A DNA stretch of 59,483 nt, filler included, from Sluysia triapertura (taxonomy: Eukaryota): the NCBI GenBank assembly GCA_046118255.1. It is 4 parts of 4 records of this genome, joined end to end, with 100 filler letters (N's around TTAATTAATTAA, not from the genome) between each part and the next. Parts side by side here need not be neighbours in the genome. Positions count along the whole stretch, not along the records: positions 1 to 17,313 come from JBJNIA010189719.1; positions 17,414 to 30,980 come from JBJNIA010032157.1; 2 more parts are not named here. One strand, 5' to 3'. This document shows, piece by piece, positions 11,985-24,208 of this stretch (position 1 is the stretch's first letter; each line of letters opens with the position of its first letter). A program made the translations under genes and the position numbers. Below the pieces are notes generated by a model, which had not been told where the DNA came from, ran no database searches, and saw nothing but the letters and a program-made list of their open reading frames with translations.

Positions 11985-12810
11985 AGAGGTTTCGATGATT
12001 TGTGTAATAATAATTCCTGATTATGAGTATGAGAGTGATTGGACGATAGAAAGATATAAAAGCGAATACTTAGAAAATATTTTAGCACTACAACAAAAGG
12101 GATAATGTTAGACTTCATAAAATGACCTGGCATCGAACTCGGGTCATCTCGTTGCGCAGTTCCGTGCTCTATCTACTGAGCTATCAGCCCCGTCTAACAA
12201 TTTTTATACTACATTATACAACATGGCACTTTAAGCCTTTATCCCAACAATAACATTTACGAGAAATAAGAAAAAATCCTTGATTGTGGTAACATTTTTG
12301 TTTATTTTATAATTTTAATTATTAAAAATAATTTTAATTTGGAAAATTTTTATCTTTAATAAATTTGAATATTTTGAGAGGATTACTTTGAATTATCTTA
12401 ATTTGTATTTTTATTTATTATTTTAAGCTTGAATTTTACTTTTTAACTTGTAGCTATTGACTTTATTTGAATTGTGGGAGACTCCCTGTCCAAATTATTT
12501 TTGAAGCTTTTTGGCTATTAAGTTAAAATAAAGATATTTGATAAGAAAAAATATATTTGTATTGACTTTAATTTTTGCAAATATTAGTATTTTAATTTTG
12601 TTGTTTGTTGCGTCACTTTTTGTTTCTTTGGATTGATTGTTGTAGTCATAATATTGTCATAAATTTTATGGTTAATTTCTAAATTCAGTTATTTTTTATT
12701 TATATTATAGTTTCAGCAGAGAATTATAATAACAATTTTATTTGATTTTTTAATTATTATAATATTGACTTATTATTTCAAATTAAGAACGTAATTTTGA
12801 ATAAATATTA
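11985..12810 (+). repeat. LTR-like repeat family B, interrupted by the tRNA-containing element
   Basis: Collinear with 25315-25985 (GTGGGAGACTCCCTG, GTTGCGTCAC blocks) except for the 144-bp insertion at 12106-12249. Confidence 0.85.
12106..12249 (-). mobile_element. tRNA-containing short TG...CA element (Helenus-like TRIM solo LTR), copy 2, 4-bp TSD
   Basis: On +: ATAA-TGTTAGAC...ATCCCAACA-ATAA. The - strand contains GGGCTGATAGCTCAGTAGATAGAGC...GAGTTCGATGCC...TTTT. The paralogous site at ~25430 (GGATAACATCTATGAG) lacks the insertion. Confidence 0.85.
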
Positions 12811-13227
12811 TTATCAAAATGTTCTGGTTGATAATAGTTTGATGAGGAGTCCGATATTTTTTAAAGGATTAACGTGTTAAAAGCACATTAATTAGTCGAT
12901 TAATTGACAATGGTGGTAAATTATTTATTTATAATTCTTAATATAAGAAAGATACATTGACGGACAGTATGTATAGTGAATTGTAATGATCATATCTATC
13001 AGTGGTATGAACACCAAGACGGTACAAAGCACGTCAACGTAGATAACGCTAAATTAATATTCTTAATTAATTAATTAAATTCATATATAATGAATAATAT
13101 CTAAGAGAAATAGATATCAAATTAAAGCTTGTAAAGAAACAAGATTGACGTGTGACGTACTGTTAACGTCTTACGTATGATATAAAATATTGTTATTAAA
13201 AAAATTGAATACTAGATTATAATTATA

Positions 13228-14423
13228 GGATGATGTATTTTTGTATCTGTTTGTGTAAATCCAGTTGTGATATTAAATTGTGGTTTGCTTATTTTAAAGA
13301 AATATGGGTTTATTCTTCACAAAACTCATTATCTCAAGATAATTGTCATGCAATCTAAAGTCGGAAATTCATTGGAAATTAATATTGAAATCTCATTTTA
13401 GTAATTGGTTGGCATAAAACCGACTCTAAGAAAATAGCATGTGTAGTAGACATGCAAAATAATTAAACTGAATTCCAGACTATCTGACAATTAACTAGAT
13501 ACTATATAAAGGGCTATATTTTTACATGAATCTTCAACAACAAACAAGAAAAAATGATAACAGTAACAAGCGACAAAATAGATCCGAAAAATTGGAGCTG
13601 TGAAAACAACTTCTTGCTGTAAGGACACTAGATTCAATTGAGTTATGAATGACACTCATTGAATTTTTTCTTCAGTGATAATACTGAAATAAAGATAGTG
13701 GAGAGTAGGGTTCATTTTATTTTTATTATTATTTTATATTTTATTTTGGTAACAACATTTATGTTGTGTAAGCCCTGCAATTTTTTAAGAGTTAGACAAC
13801 AATTTATTAAAGTGTACAAACACCAATCCCTATTGATTGATTATATACCTATTGATTTATTTTCTTCTTGATTTATCTCTTCTTCTGTTGTACTTATTTC
13901 TGTATTTGATTCTTCTTCTATTTCATCGTTACTTTCTTTTGATTCAGAATCTATTTCTTTGTCAATTATCTTATTTGATTCCGATGTCTTTGTCTGTCCT
14001 TCCCATTTGTCAATTATTTCTTAAATTCTTTTTCTTTTATCTTCATTTGAAATCACTTCTTTTATTTCTTTTTTTGTTCGATTCTTTCTTCCAAAGGTTG
14101 ATCTAATATTTCTCGAATTCTAACTTGATTTGGTTGGTTATTTGTATAATATCGAGATAATTGTCAGACAGTCGGGAATTCAGTTTAATTATTTTGCATG
14201 TCTACTACACATACTATTTTCTTAGAATCGGTTTTATGCCGATCCATTACTAAAATGTAATTTCAATATTAATTTCCGATGAATTTCCGACTTTAGATTG
14301 CATGATAATTACCTGGAGATAATGAGTTTTGTGAAGAATAAACCCATATCTCTTTAAAATTATCAAATCATAATTTAATATCACAATTGGATTTATATAA
14401 ACAGATATAAAAATACATCATCC
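13228..14423. mobile_element. ~1.2-kb non-autonomous element with ~275-bp terminal inverted repeats
   Basis: 13228-13501 is the reverse complement of ~14150-14423 at high identity. Termini are GGATGATG...CATCATCC, with TA on both sides. Confidence 0.9.
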
Positions 14424-14430
14424 TAATTTA

Positions 14431-14460
14431 CTGTATTTTTCGGACTATAAACCGCACCTT
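14431..14460 (+). mobile_element. pogo/Tc2-like transposon terminus
   Basis: TA-CTGTATTTTTCGGACTATAAACCGCACC resembles CCGTATTTTTCGGACTATAAG-type TIRs. A decayed possible partner end lies at ~15555-15592. Confidence 0.45.
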
Positions 14461-14999
14461 CCCAATATTTTTCAGAATTTAAATACTGTAGAAAAAATTA
14501 CTACAGAAAATTATTATGCAATTAAGATGGATATAAATAAGCAGAATTATATTATATAATGTCATTAACCATTATATTGAAGGAATTGGTCATATGAAAT
14601 AAGAGAAATATATGGAATAAAATTGTAACAGCATATTTTATTACAAAGTAGAGTTGGCCTGATGATAAAAACGGACACAAAAATTTAGACACAAAGAAGT
14701 GGTTACTCGATATTTATTAGGTAATCACCACATTGCAGTTGATTTGGACAATATTCCGATTTAATTTTGTAGAAATTGTTAGAATGATAATTTTAACAGA
14801 CATTGTTGTACTATTCAAATATTTATTTGGAAATTATATAAACAAGTTACAATTAATTGGGACAACATTCAGAGTTAAATTTGAATAATTTGTTTTACTA
14901 ATACTTCGATTTACGTGGTTTTGTAATAAGTATAAGAAAATAAGTATAATGAATAAAATTTAATTGTATTTTCATAAATTTTTAGGTTATGATAAAAGA

Positions 15000-15868
15000 T
15001 AACTTATTTTCTAGAATTTTCAAGAAAATTCCATTGATTCTTATTGGCTAATGACTAGTATATAAACTAGCATAAGTCTTGTTATAAAGACAATTATTAT
15101 CTTAACATAATTTTAAAACATCATTTACATTCTCAATTGACGATTATTATATTCACATCATTATTAGTTAACAGTTTATACTTTCATAGTTGCGTGATTA
15201 ATATTGTTGCAATGATCAGTTACATTTTGCGGTTTCGCAGCTTTATATTTTTCAATCTGCCGTACAGCGTTTCCATTTTATTTCCAGCTTATACAGCGTA
15301 ACCGTCAAGTCAATCCGATTCATTTTATTGATATACAATTAGTTATTTTAAGTCAGTTTGTTTTAAAATTTTAAAATCTTACTCAAACTCATAGCCCAAT
15401 ATGCTGCTAGGAAAACTTTTATAATCAAAATTAAAAAAATTAAATACCTACAAGGTTTTAATTTAAAACTAATTAGTGTTGTCTTTATTCTTTTAACCTT
15501 TATTATAAAAGGTTAATATAATTTGTGAATTTTTTTATCATTTATCGTTTTTTGTGCCGTTTATAGTTGAAGTATTATAGTTGAAGTATTACAAAGTAAA
15601 ATCCTAAATAAGTAATTTGAGGTTAGATTATTTAGAATAACACATTGAGCTCTTAAAATAAAACCCTTTAGCTACACAAAATAATATTTTTAAGATAAAA
15701 TACATACGTCGATCGCATTCCATAAATTGAAAGAATAAGAAATCAAAAGATATCGTTTACGTTGAAGTTTGTCAATTTATGTCATAGATTATTAATGCCA
15801 TAAGTCGTTTACTGTAACTGGACTCTGCTCAATTTTAATTTGCTGTAGGTTAAGAATTAAAAAAACTA
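15000..15868 (+). repeat. LTR-like repeat family E (partial/rearranged)
   Basis: ATTGGCTAATGACTAGTATATAAACTAGC block and 3' block CATAAGTCGTTTACTGTAACTGGACTCTGCTCAATTTT shared with the copies at 32031, 35410 and 38555. Confidence 0.7.
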
Positions 15869-17170
15869 GATAAATTAGATAAAAATTAATGACAATTTTA
15901 TTTATTTGACAATTGTAACTACATTTTGGTTTTATTACACGCAAGTTTTGTTTCGTTGTTATCTATAAATTTTGAATAGTTAAAGGCTTATTTTTACCTT
16001 GAATTTTAGAAAGAAAATTTCTATCTCTAACATCAGAGACGAGTTTAACTCCGCTTTTCATTTTAAGACTACTTATAAATAAGATTTTGAATTTATTTAT
16101 CAAAAATTTACAAAAAGTAGTTACAAAGTTAGGCATGAGTAATTTTAAGAGAATTAAATTAAGTTTTAGTGCAATTAATTTTAAACAAGAATAAATAATT
16201 TTACGGAATGTTATCTTGAGTTTCGAATAACTTTAAGTCAATTTATTTTGAAGGTATTAGAGTCAAAAGTTCGATTTAGAAAACATAACATATTGATAAA
16301 TTTGATTTTCATTATTTAAACGTTGTCTTCCCAACATTTTCAAAAAATGTTGATATAAAGACAAAGAGCTTATGCTACAAAGGTGAAGAAAGTATTCAAT
16401 GTAAATTTTTTAAATGCTACATAAAACTATAACACATTTTGATAACCACAAAAGAAATATTTCAATATTTAATAAATGCACAAATAATGAATTAAACAGA
16501 ATTAATAAAGGTTTGCCATTATGCACAATTAGACATCAAATTTCAACAACTTATTGACATTTTCAATATAATAGATTATTAATAATCAATTATAAACTGT
16601 TTGTTATTTTTTATGGGTTTTTATATTTGATTTTAAATAAGATGAATAAAATATTCGAAAACAGTAATAGTAACAAGCCATAAAAAGGCAATAAAAACTA
16701 TATAGATTTATATTGTTCAAATTATTTTAAAGAAATTAAATTTAGTATGAAAATATTAACTTAGAAATAATTATTTTGAGATTTTAAACATACGATACGC
16801 AAACCATAGCTCCGGAGCTCTAATATTTTCATAATATTTTGTGGCTCTATAATGTAGAGTATACATGTTTTTCTCGCTGATTTAGAATTCATTAGTAACG
16901 AAATTGAAAAGCAAAAATCGCCTTAATATTTTCTTTTTGTATATATGTATTTATTATTTGTATTAATATTTAATAAAAAATTTATTTATGGCTCTTGGCA
17001 AAAATTTACTATGACAATTTTGGCTCTGTTTTTAGTTTAAGTTTCCCATTCCAATTTTAAACAATAAAAACATTATTTTACGTAATTATCACTATATAAT
17101 AATATTTATCTAGCTAAAAAGTTAGCAGTTTATAAAGCATGAAGTATAATATTCGTCTTTATCTTTTAAA

Positions 17171-17313
17171 CCCTTTAACCGCCGGTGAGCGCACTTTTGC
17201 GAACATAAATTTATTTGAGAGATTATAAGAAATGTATGAGAAAAGCCATTAAAAAGCTGGCGCCACTTGCGTTAGTGTTAATTTCAAAATTAATAAAAAT
17301 GTATAATTTTTCA
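17171..17313 (+). mobile_element. piggyBac-like terminus, truncated by gap
   Basis: CCCTTTAACCGCCGG after TTAAA, resembling TTAA|CCCT piggyBac ends. Confidence 0.35.
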
Positions 17314-17413
17314 NNNNNNNNNNNNNNNNNNNNNNNNNNNNNNNNNNNNNNNNNNNNTTAATTAATTAANNNNNNNNNNNNNNNNNNNNNNNNNNNNNNN
17401 NNNNNNNNNNNNN
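17314..17413. other. Artificial assembly linker (N44-TTAATTAATTAA-N44)
   Basis: Six-frame stop spacer inside an N run, 100 bp. Confidence 0.98.
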
Positions 17414-17489
17414 GAAGGGTGTGATGAGAGATGTTATTTTATGTGGTGAATTTTTATTTTATTATTAAGTTAAGGGGTTGGCCACTACA

Positions 17490-17915
17490 AGCTTTCCTAC
17501 TAATTTCTTGTTTAAAGTCAGATGGTTTTTGTTTAAAAATTGTATCTAGTCTTTTTTCTTTTTGCACATATAATTCATTACAGCATCCAACTCAGACATT
17601 TTGAATATATCAGACATACTTACTATGACTGCAAAACTGGTATTATAGATTCGTAGTCTTCTTTGATCAGAGATGCTTGCATAAAGTGTAGCTACCTGAA
17701 CTTACACGTTATCATTTTCCTGTAACTTATTATTGTGCAATATTTCAACTATAACTGATTTGTCTGAGTCTAAAGATGCTAATTTAACATCTGCTGCATA
17801 ATCAATGTAAAAGTTTCCGAAATAATTTACTGCTCTTATGCCAAGATTAGTTCTAATTTTCATGACTGCATCGAAGGCACATCGTTTAGATACTAACTGA
17901 TATTCATCATTTGAC
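17490..17915 (-). pseudogene. SEC24: Sec24C/D-like COPII coat subunit pseudogene fragment (beta-sandwich/helical domain)
   Basis: AFDAVMKIRTNLGIRAVNYFGNFYIDYAADVKLASLDSDKSVIVEILHNNKLQENDNV*VQVATLYASISDQRRLRIYNTSF...SDIFKMSELDAVMNYMCK matches Sec24C/D FDAVMRVRTSTGIRAVDFFG...QCALLYTS..GQRRLRIHN. In-frame TAA at 17704-17702, a later frameshift, and cut by a family C terminus at 17489. Confidence 0.85.
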
Positions 17916-18149
17916 GATATAAATCGTAATGAAAAAAAAGAATTTTGAAGACACACAAAAGGGTACTACGTCATAATGATGATAAAAATGGCAATGCATG
18001 TTGATAAAAAGAATTTTACTAGGCATTTGTAATTTTATAATTTTGTAATGTTGTGAATGATATGTATAAAATTTGTTATGATGTAATTTTTTGTGTTGAG
18101 ATTTGTGTATATGATTTATGTGATATGTAGGTAGGTGTGGGCTAGGATG

Positions 18150-19010
18150 ATTGCTATGAAAGAGGAGAATCTATAAGTGAGTTCAAAATGTTTGTAAAAT
18201 GGTTCGCTTCAGAATAAGAACCTTATAACATTTTTCATTAGAAAATTCGGTGTGAAAAATCGAAAATCAATTAAATTCATTATTTTTATGTATGTTAATA
18301 ATATTGTTGATCGTTATTTTAAGCTGAGAAGTAATTGAAGTAAAAATAGATTGAGTAGAGTAAAAGAAAATAATGTATCATAATAAATCATTTTTTTGTG
18401 GTTTGTACCTAATGAAGTTTGACAAACTGTACCATGTAATTGTTAAAGTTGATATTGTCGATCCATTTCTCAAAGATGTTTTGATGATTTGTGTGACAGA
18501 GTGTTTGAGTAGGAAACTCGGGATTGATTGGATGATGAGAGTATAAAATGAAAAAATTTTAAAATTTTACCATCACAATAACATAGTCAGCTAACAGACA
18601 AATATTTTGAAAATCCATGATTTTGGTAAATTTTTTGTCATTCTTATTTTCTTATTGAATAATTTTTTGGGGTAGATCTTGTTAATATTTATATAATTTG
18701 GATTTTTTATTTGATTTTTGGGAGACTCCCTATACAATTTGTTTTAAGGAATTTTAATTATTTAATTATTATTTTCCAATTCATCTATTATTAAATAAAC
18801 TTTGATTTTTTTGGAAGACACCTTGCCCAATTTATCTTATAGTTTTTTAATATTGAGTTAGAATAGATTAGAATTGTTTGAAAGTATATAAATATTATTA
18901 TTTTTCATATTTTAATTTTTGTTGCGTCATCCCTGGCCTACTTTTTTGTACAAATTATTGTATGCTTGACAACGTTATAAAAGTTGTTATTGATTTTCTC
19001 TTAATTTTAA
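18150..19010 (+). repeat. LTR-like repeat family A/B
   Basis: TTGCTATGAAAGAGGAGAATCT, GGGAGACTCCC and GTTGCGTCA blocks shared with ~3420-3930 and 25030-25800. Confidence 0.75.
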
Positions 19011-21146
19011 TCACTTTATTGGTATCTTTCCTAATTACTCAACAATTATAGTTTTTTATAATTTATGGGTTCGCCTATAATCTACGGTTTAAATCTCACG
19101 GAAGACGTAGTTATAGGAATGACAGTCAAAAATGTTCTAAGATAAGAAATCCTTAATCTTTAGTGCACAATTTACTAATGATTCAATAATTAACAAGGTC
19201 TATTAATCTGTTAGCACAAAATTCAATTTATCTTAAATTATCCTCTATTTTACTTAACACTAAGACACTAATCTAACAAAATTACTTTTTAATGAAAACT
19301 CGGTTGCCTCCTGAATATATATTATAGACAAATTAAATAAATAGATTAAATACAAAAATAAATATAAGCAATATACAATAATATGCGTCCTAGGATTTCT
19401 CCTAAGATTAATATAAACAAGAATTTAAATAAGATTTTAACCCAGCTGAATACTTGGGCTTGGAAATGATTTATGTGAATTTAAGTGTATTTTAACACAA
19501 ATAATTTTTGTGAATAACTTAAAATAAATAGCTTACGATTTCTTGGATAATTTCAAAAAACAAAGTGGAATGTTAGCTGTTCGAATAATTAAAATCCAAA
19601 TTCACGAAGTGTTTATTCTAAGTCGGTTTAGCAGCTGATATAAATTTTCCACGAATAAGCTCACGAAGTTGTGTGATGTCTCACTTTTAATTGTGACTCA
19701 GAAATGCAAATCAACGAATATTCCAACGAAGTTTTGAGATTTCTCTCTTGTACTTTTAAGATTGTGTTTTTCGAATTGTATGATTTAATTGTGAGTTCTA
19801 GCAGAAATCACAATCTATTTATACCAAGTTAATTTTGTGAATTTTACCGAAAAGCTTTAGAGTATGCCGGTGATTTATTTGCGGCAATTATTTTATAAAA
19901 GAAACATATGATTATTTATTTATCGAAATAAAAGAATTTTATCAAAAATATTAATTAAATTTGTACTTATTAATTAATGTAAATTTTTCTAAAGTTATTA
20001 AACAAAATTTATTTACAAAATTTAATATTTTATTGATTTTATTGTTTAGGTAATCTTCCTATAAATTTTAATATTTACAAATAGAAAAAGAAAAACTATT
20101 AGTAAATTTAATACAATACCGAAAACTTACGAGGAGTATTACATATATTTAAATTCAAAATTCGGAGATACTAAATTGTTCTAATTCATTTGATATTGTT
20201 TCAGAAATCTTAGGTTTTCCTCATCTGGATTTCCATTCGGAATTTTGTATTCTTGAAATTTGTATTCGTAGGTTTTTTATGTTGAGCTCCCTTACTTATG
20301 TAAGGCATAAATTTCACAATAAAATCTATTTAGTTTTGCATTAGCTTACGCCAGTTATAAAATCAATTTTAAAATCGAATTATTTTTCATTAGGCTTAGC
20401 CTAATGTAATAAAGTCTTTATTTGTATTTTATTTAATTGTTGATGCTTAAAAGAATACTGTATTAAGATATTTGTATTAATAAACTTTCGTTCTTGTTAG
20501 TGTGTTATCACTATAATATAAAGTCAGTCATAATTAAAGTACTGAAATCGTAAAGCTATTTAATAGTTAAAAATATTATATATCATTCAAGAAGCTCTGT
20601 TTTTGTTAACCTGTCGATAACGATATGAGAAAGAATTTAAGACACCACTAGTGAAGTGATAAACTAAGATTCAATTAAGAGTGACTTTCTACAATAGTAT
20701 TGTAAATACGTTTAATTTTTTACGAACTTTATTATCTTTGTCTATTTATTATGATTAAAAATTATAAATATTACAATTATATGATGACTTTATTAAATAT
20801 TATACTTATTATAATTTAAATTGGAAGAAAAATTAATAAAAGTACATTAAATGTTTATAAAATTAGTTAAAATTTAAATGTTTATAAATTAGTTAATCAA
20901 TCTTTAAAAAATATTATGTAAATATTTATTATAAAACAACTGAAATTTAACTTAAATAATTATGGAATTGTCAATCTATTTTTCGAAAAACTAATAATCA
21001 TAATTCAGTTTGATAAACAAAAGAAAAAGTACACGAGTAAAAGGTATATAAATAACGTTTTATTTATATTACCACCACAATAAATAGAGACGAAACAAAA
21101 AGGATTGATCGAGAAACGAAAATACTACTGCTGGAAACAATTTTTG

Positions 21147-21280
21147 TTTGGAAAACATTATTTATTGTCTCAATTTGGAAAAACGTTATTTATTATCTCA
21201 ATTTGGAAAAGGTTATTTATTGCCTCGATTTGGAAACATTTAGTTTGAAAAACGTTATTTATCGTCACAACTCGGAAACA
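21147..21280. repeat. ~28-bp minisatellite, 4-5 units
   Basis: Tandem TTTGGAAAAACGTTATTTATTGTCTCAA variants with no unique spacers. Confidence 0.85.
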
Positions 21281-22049
21281 ACTTTGATCTTGAATTCAAG
21301 GCTTTTGTCGAAGAGTGGTATTAGTCGAATCAGACGCTGTGTATGGAGCATTAATAAATTCTGCTTTAAAATCAATACGTAAAATCTATTTTATTTGCAC
21401 CCAAGAATTAATCCTGGGTTAAAATCAAAGTTTAACTTTTAAAATCGAATGTTTATTTATTATATTTGTTGTTTGATATTTTTAATTTTATTCATTGATA
21501 TTTCTGTTGTCTGACGCTTTCAAGTTGTATTAATTAACCTTACCTAGTAATTTAATTAGAATAAAACTTTGACTTAAAAAAGTATTTTGTTTTTGAACGG
21601 AAATAATGTTTGTAATAAATTGTGCCACATAAAATACCTCGTTTTTAAGTACTATAACAAGTGAATTAATATTAGTTAAAGTTGAGCTAGTTTAAGAATA
21701 TTAAAGTATTAAGTAAAAAAGACAATTCATCTTTAGATTCGTTAAAATCCTGTGGACACGTTCGTATACGATAAATCGTGCTACAGAGGAGGACCCAGCT
21801 TAATTTTTTATAATTATTCAAGCTAAGAAAAGCGAACAGTTTAAAGTTTGAAGAAACGTTTTTGATGTTTCGATTTATTAGCATTTAATAGTCCATATGT
21901 AATATTAATAATAAAAATAAGAAAATTATTTTAAATATTGTCGAATTTATATTCGCATAACCGCGATGACGATTTAGGAAAAATAAAAACACATAACAAT
22001 GAAAAAAATAGAATAAGGAAATAAAGGGATAAAAGAAATAATAATAAAT

Positions 22050-22296
22050 TGTAGGGAATTCATCACATAAAATTCATCACATTTCATCACATAAAAAACG
22101 CTTCACATGCACACAGACTTTTAAACAAACTATTAAACTCATTCAAAAACAAGCATGACCATCACATCTAATTATCATGAACTATCGCTATTATTATTAC
22201 GATTCAGATCATATTAAAATATATGTAATAATTATAGTCATTATTGTTATATAATATAAATACCAAATAATAACTTTTATAATAATTTTCATGATA
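22050..22296 (+). repeat. LTR-like repeat family D, copy 1
   Basis: TGTAGGGAATTCATCAC... highly similar to 57337-57554. Confidence 0.85.
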
Positions 22297-23056
22297 AAGT
22301 TGTCTATGACCCCTTGTAAGATGTTATTATTATTATTATTAATAATATTATTAGTGTTATCGTTATTGTTACAAATAATAATTAATGGAGTTTTTTCGTT
22401 TTACTTATATAATAAAACCTTTTTTGTTAAAACTTCCATTTTGTCTAAACACAGAATTCATCCAAGTTTTTTTTTGGTTTGATCTCTTTTAGTTGCAAAG
22501 CAACTAGAATAATTTATTAGTTACTCACTTTACTTTCCATTCTTCTGTAAATTCACATGCAAGATCATAATTACATAGTTGTTGTTATTGTGTTAAAATT
22601 TTCGCAATATAAACGTTTTAAATTTGAAAAGTTAAAGATGGTACCGCTTGAAAGATAGTTTATGTCTTTTGTTAATGATTGTTTTTGTGTTCCTAGTTTT
22701 ATTTTAATACTAAACAAATATTGTTTACTTATTTTATTATTTGTAACTGAACAACAATAATCGATATACGATTTATTTATTATTATTATTATTTTCGATG
22801 AATTAACTTTTCAATTTTTTCCTTTTTGATTTCTACTTCAAATCACTTTCAATGTTTTACTGAATTTACAGTAATGATATTTGGTAGATCTCGTATTAAA
22901 TGTAATTTATTAATAATATTATTATTTCATTTTTGAATCTAATTTTCCTTTCAAATAGTTATAACTTTGATGTAAGTATAATTTTTAATGTAATAATCAC
23001 TTTAATAAATATTATCATAAAAATAATTATTTATTGATCAATTTAAAAATTTTGTC

Positions 23057-23540
23057 ATGGAATATTTTGGTAAAATTAGTCAAACCACTCCAAGACTTCT
23101 ACCAAGTGGTATTACAGTTAGTACAGCTGGTTTATTTGTTTTGTTGATCTTTTTCTACAGCAGAATAAAAAGATGTGAGAAGAAAGGTTATTATGTATTA
23201 AAAACATTTACATTATTTTTTATGCATTTGTCTCACGCATTCTATGGTGCCCATTTTATTTATCAAATAGTTGCAAGTATTGCAGTTGGAATATCAGTTA
23301 AACTCCATTTTTCTTCAATAATATTAGGTATAAGAATTTTTAATTCTATCGCCGCGAATTTTCTACGAATTACTCAATACTATGCATATGATGGAGCTAA
23401 AATGAATGGTAGATGCCTCGATCAATTACAGTGTAATGATGTATATTATATGGAGCCATATGTTCGTCAAGCTTCAACGTTACGTGGTAATCATTGTTTA
23501 AACATCCTTTTAAAAGAAAAGATTTTAAAATACGTGATAT
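23057..23540 (+). CDS. Unknown hydrophobic ORF, possibly a divergent multi-pass membrane (GPCR-like) fragment
   Basis: 191-aa ATG ORF with 2-3 hydrophobic segments. The last ~30 codons fall in a repeat shared with 57556-57722. No diagnostic motif. Confidence 0.25.
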
Positions 23541-23849
23541 TCGGAATTACAAGTACACGTTTATTATATTGTTGTTTTATTTTTATTATTATTTTTTATA
23601 AAGTAAATTTCTCAATTTTGTTATTGTTTTAATTGTTTCAGGCCTTAAGCCTATGTTGTTAAAGATAAAATTAATACTTTTAAAATGTTATAATTTAGTT
23701 ATAAGTTACCTAGTAAAAATAATGCTTGATAAAATTACGAAAATGAATAAAGATAGTATATATTTCAGGAAACTAAAATATTTTTTGCCCCCCCCCCACA
23801 CAATAAAATTGCTTATCGAAGGTAAATCTTACCAGTAACGGAGATTTTC

Positions 23850-24208
23850 TTTGATGATTTATGTGACTGCGTTCATATTGATGAAAAATAGTTTTATCTT
23901 AATGCTTAATGTCAGACGAAGAAGAACCTGAGAGAAACTTCAAAAGCAAAATGTCATTAAAGTGATGCTCATGGCTGCAGTGGCTCGACTGTGCTATAAC
24001 ACACATAGAAAGCATTATTTTGACGATAAAAGTGGAATATGGCCCTTCGCATATCAAGAACCAGCTCAAAGAAATTCCAAAAACAGACCTAAAGGAACGT
24101 TAATAACGAATTAATAATTAATAACATTAATAATTCAGCTGTCCCTTGTAAAAAAAATGTTATTTTAGAAATTAAATCAAAATATCCGAAAACCTATAAA
24201 AACAAATC
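23850..24208 (+). mobile_element. Plant-type (DD39D-like) mariner transposase relic, 5' part of the catalytic domain
   Basis: FDDLCDCVHIDEK*FYL ... IKVMLMAAVARLCYNTHRKHYFDDKSGIWPFAYQEPAQRNSKNRPKGTL matches the Soymar/Osmar-type VHIDEKWF, KVMFLAAVARP, FDGKIGIWPF and SKNRPKGT motifs. Confidence 0.9.

Noticed and set aside
17314-17413. TTAATTAATTAA motif repeated three times inside N runs (also 30981-31080 and 44758-44857)
   Set aside because: Artificial six-frame stop linker from contig concatenation; not biological.
17702-17704. Stop-codon reassignment (TAA/TAG at Tyr or Trp positions in several relics)
   Set aside because: The stops replace different residues and co-occur with frameshifts. 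The intact 479-codon ENaC frame has no internal TAA/TAG. This is ordinary pseudogene decay.
21147-21280. 28-bp repeats as a CRISPR array
   Set aside because: Units are contiguous with no unique spacers, there are no cas genes, and the context is eukaryotic.
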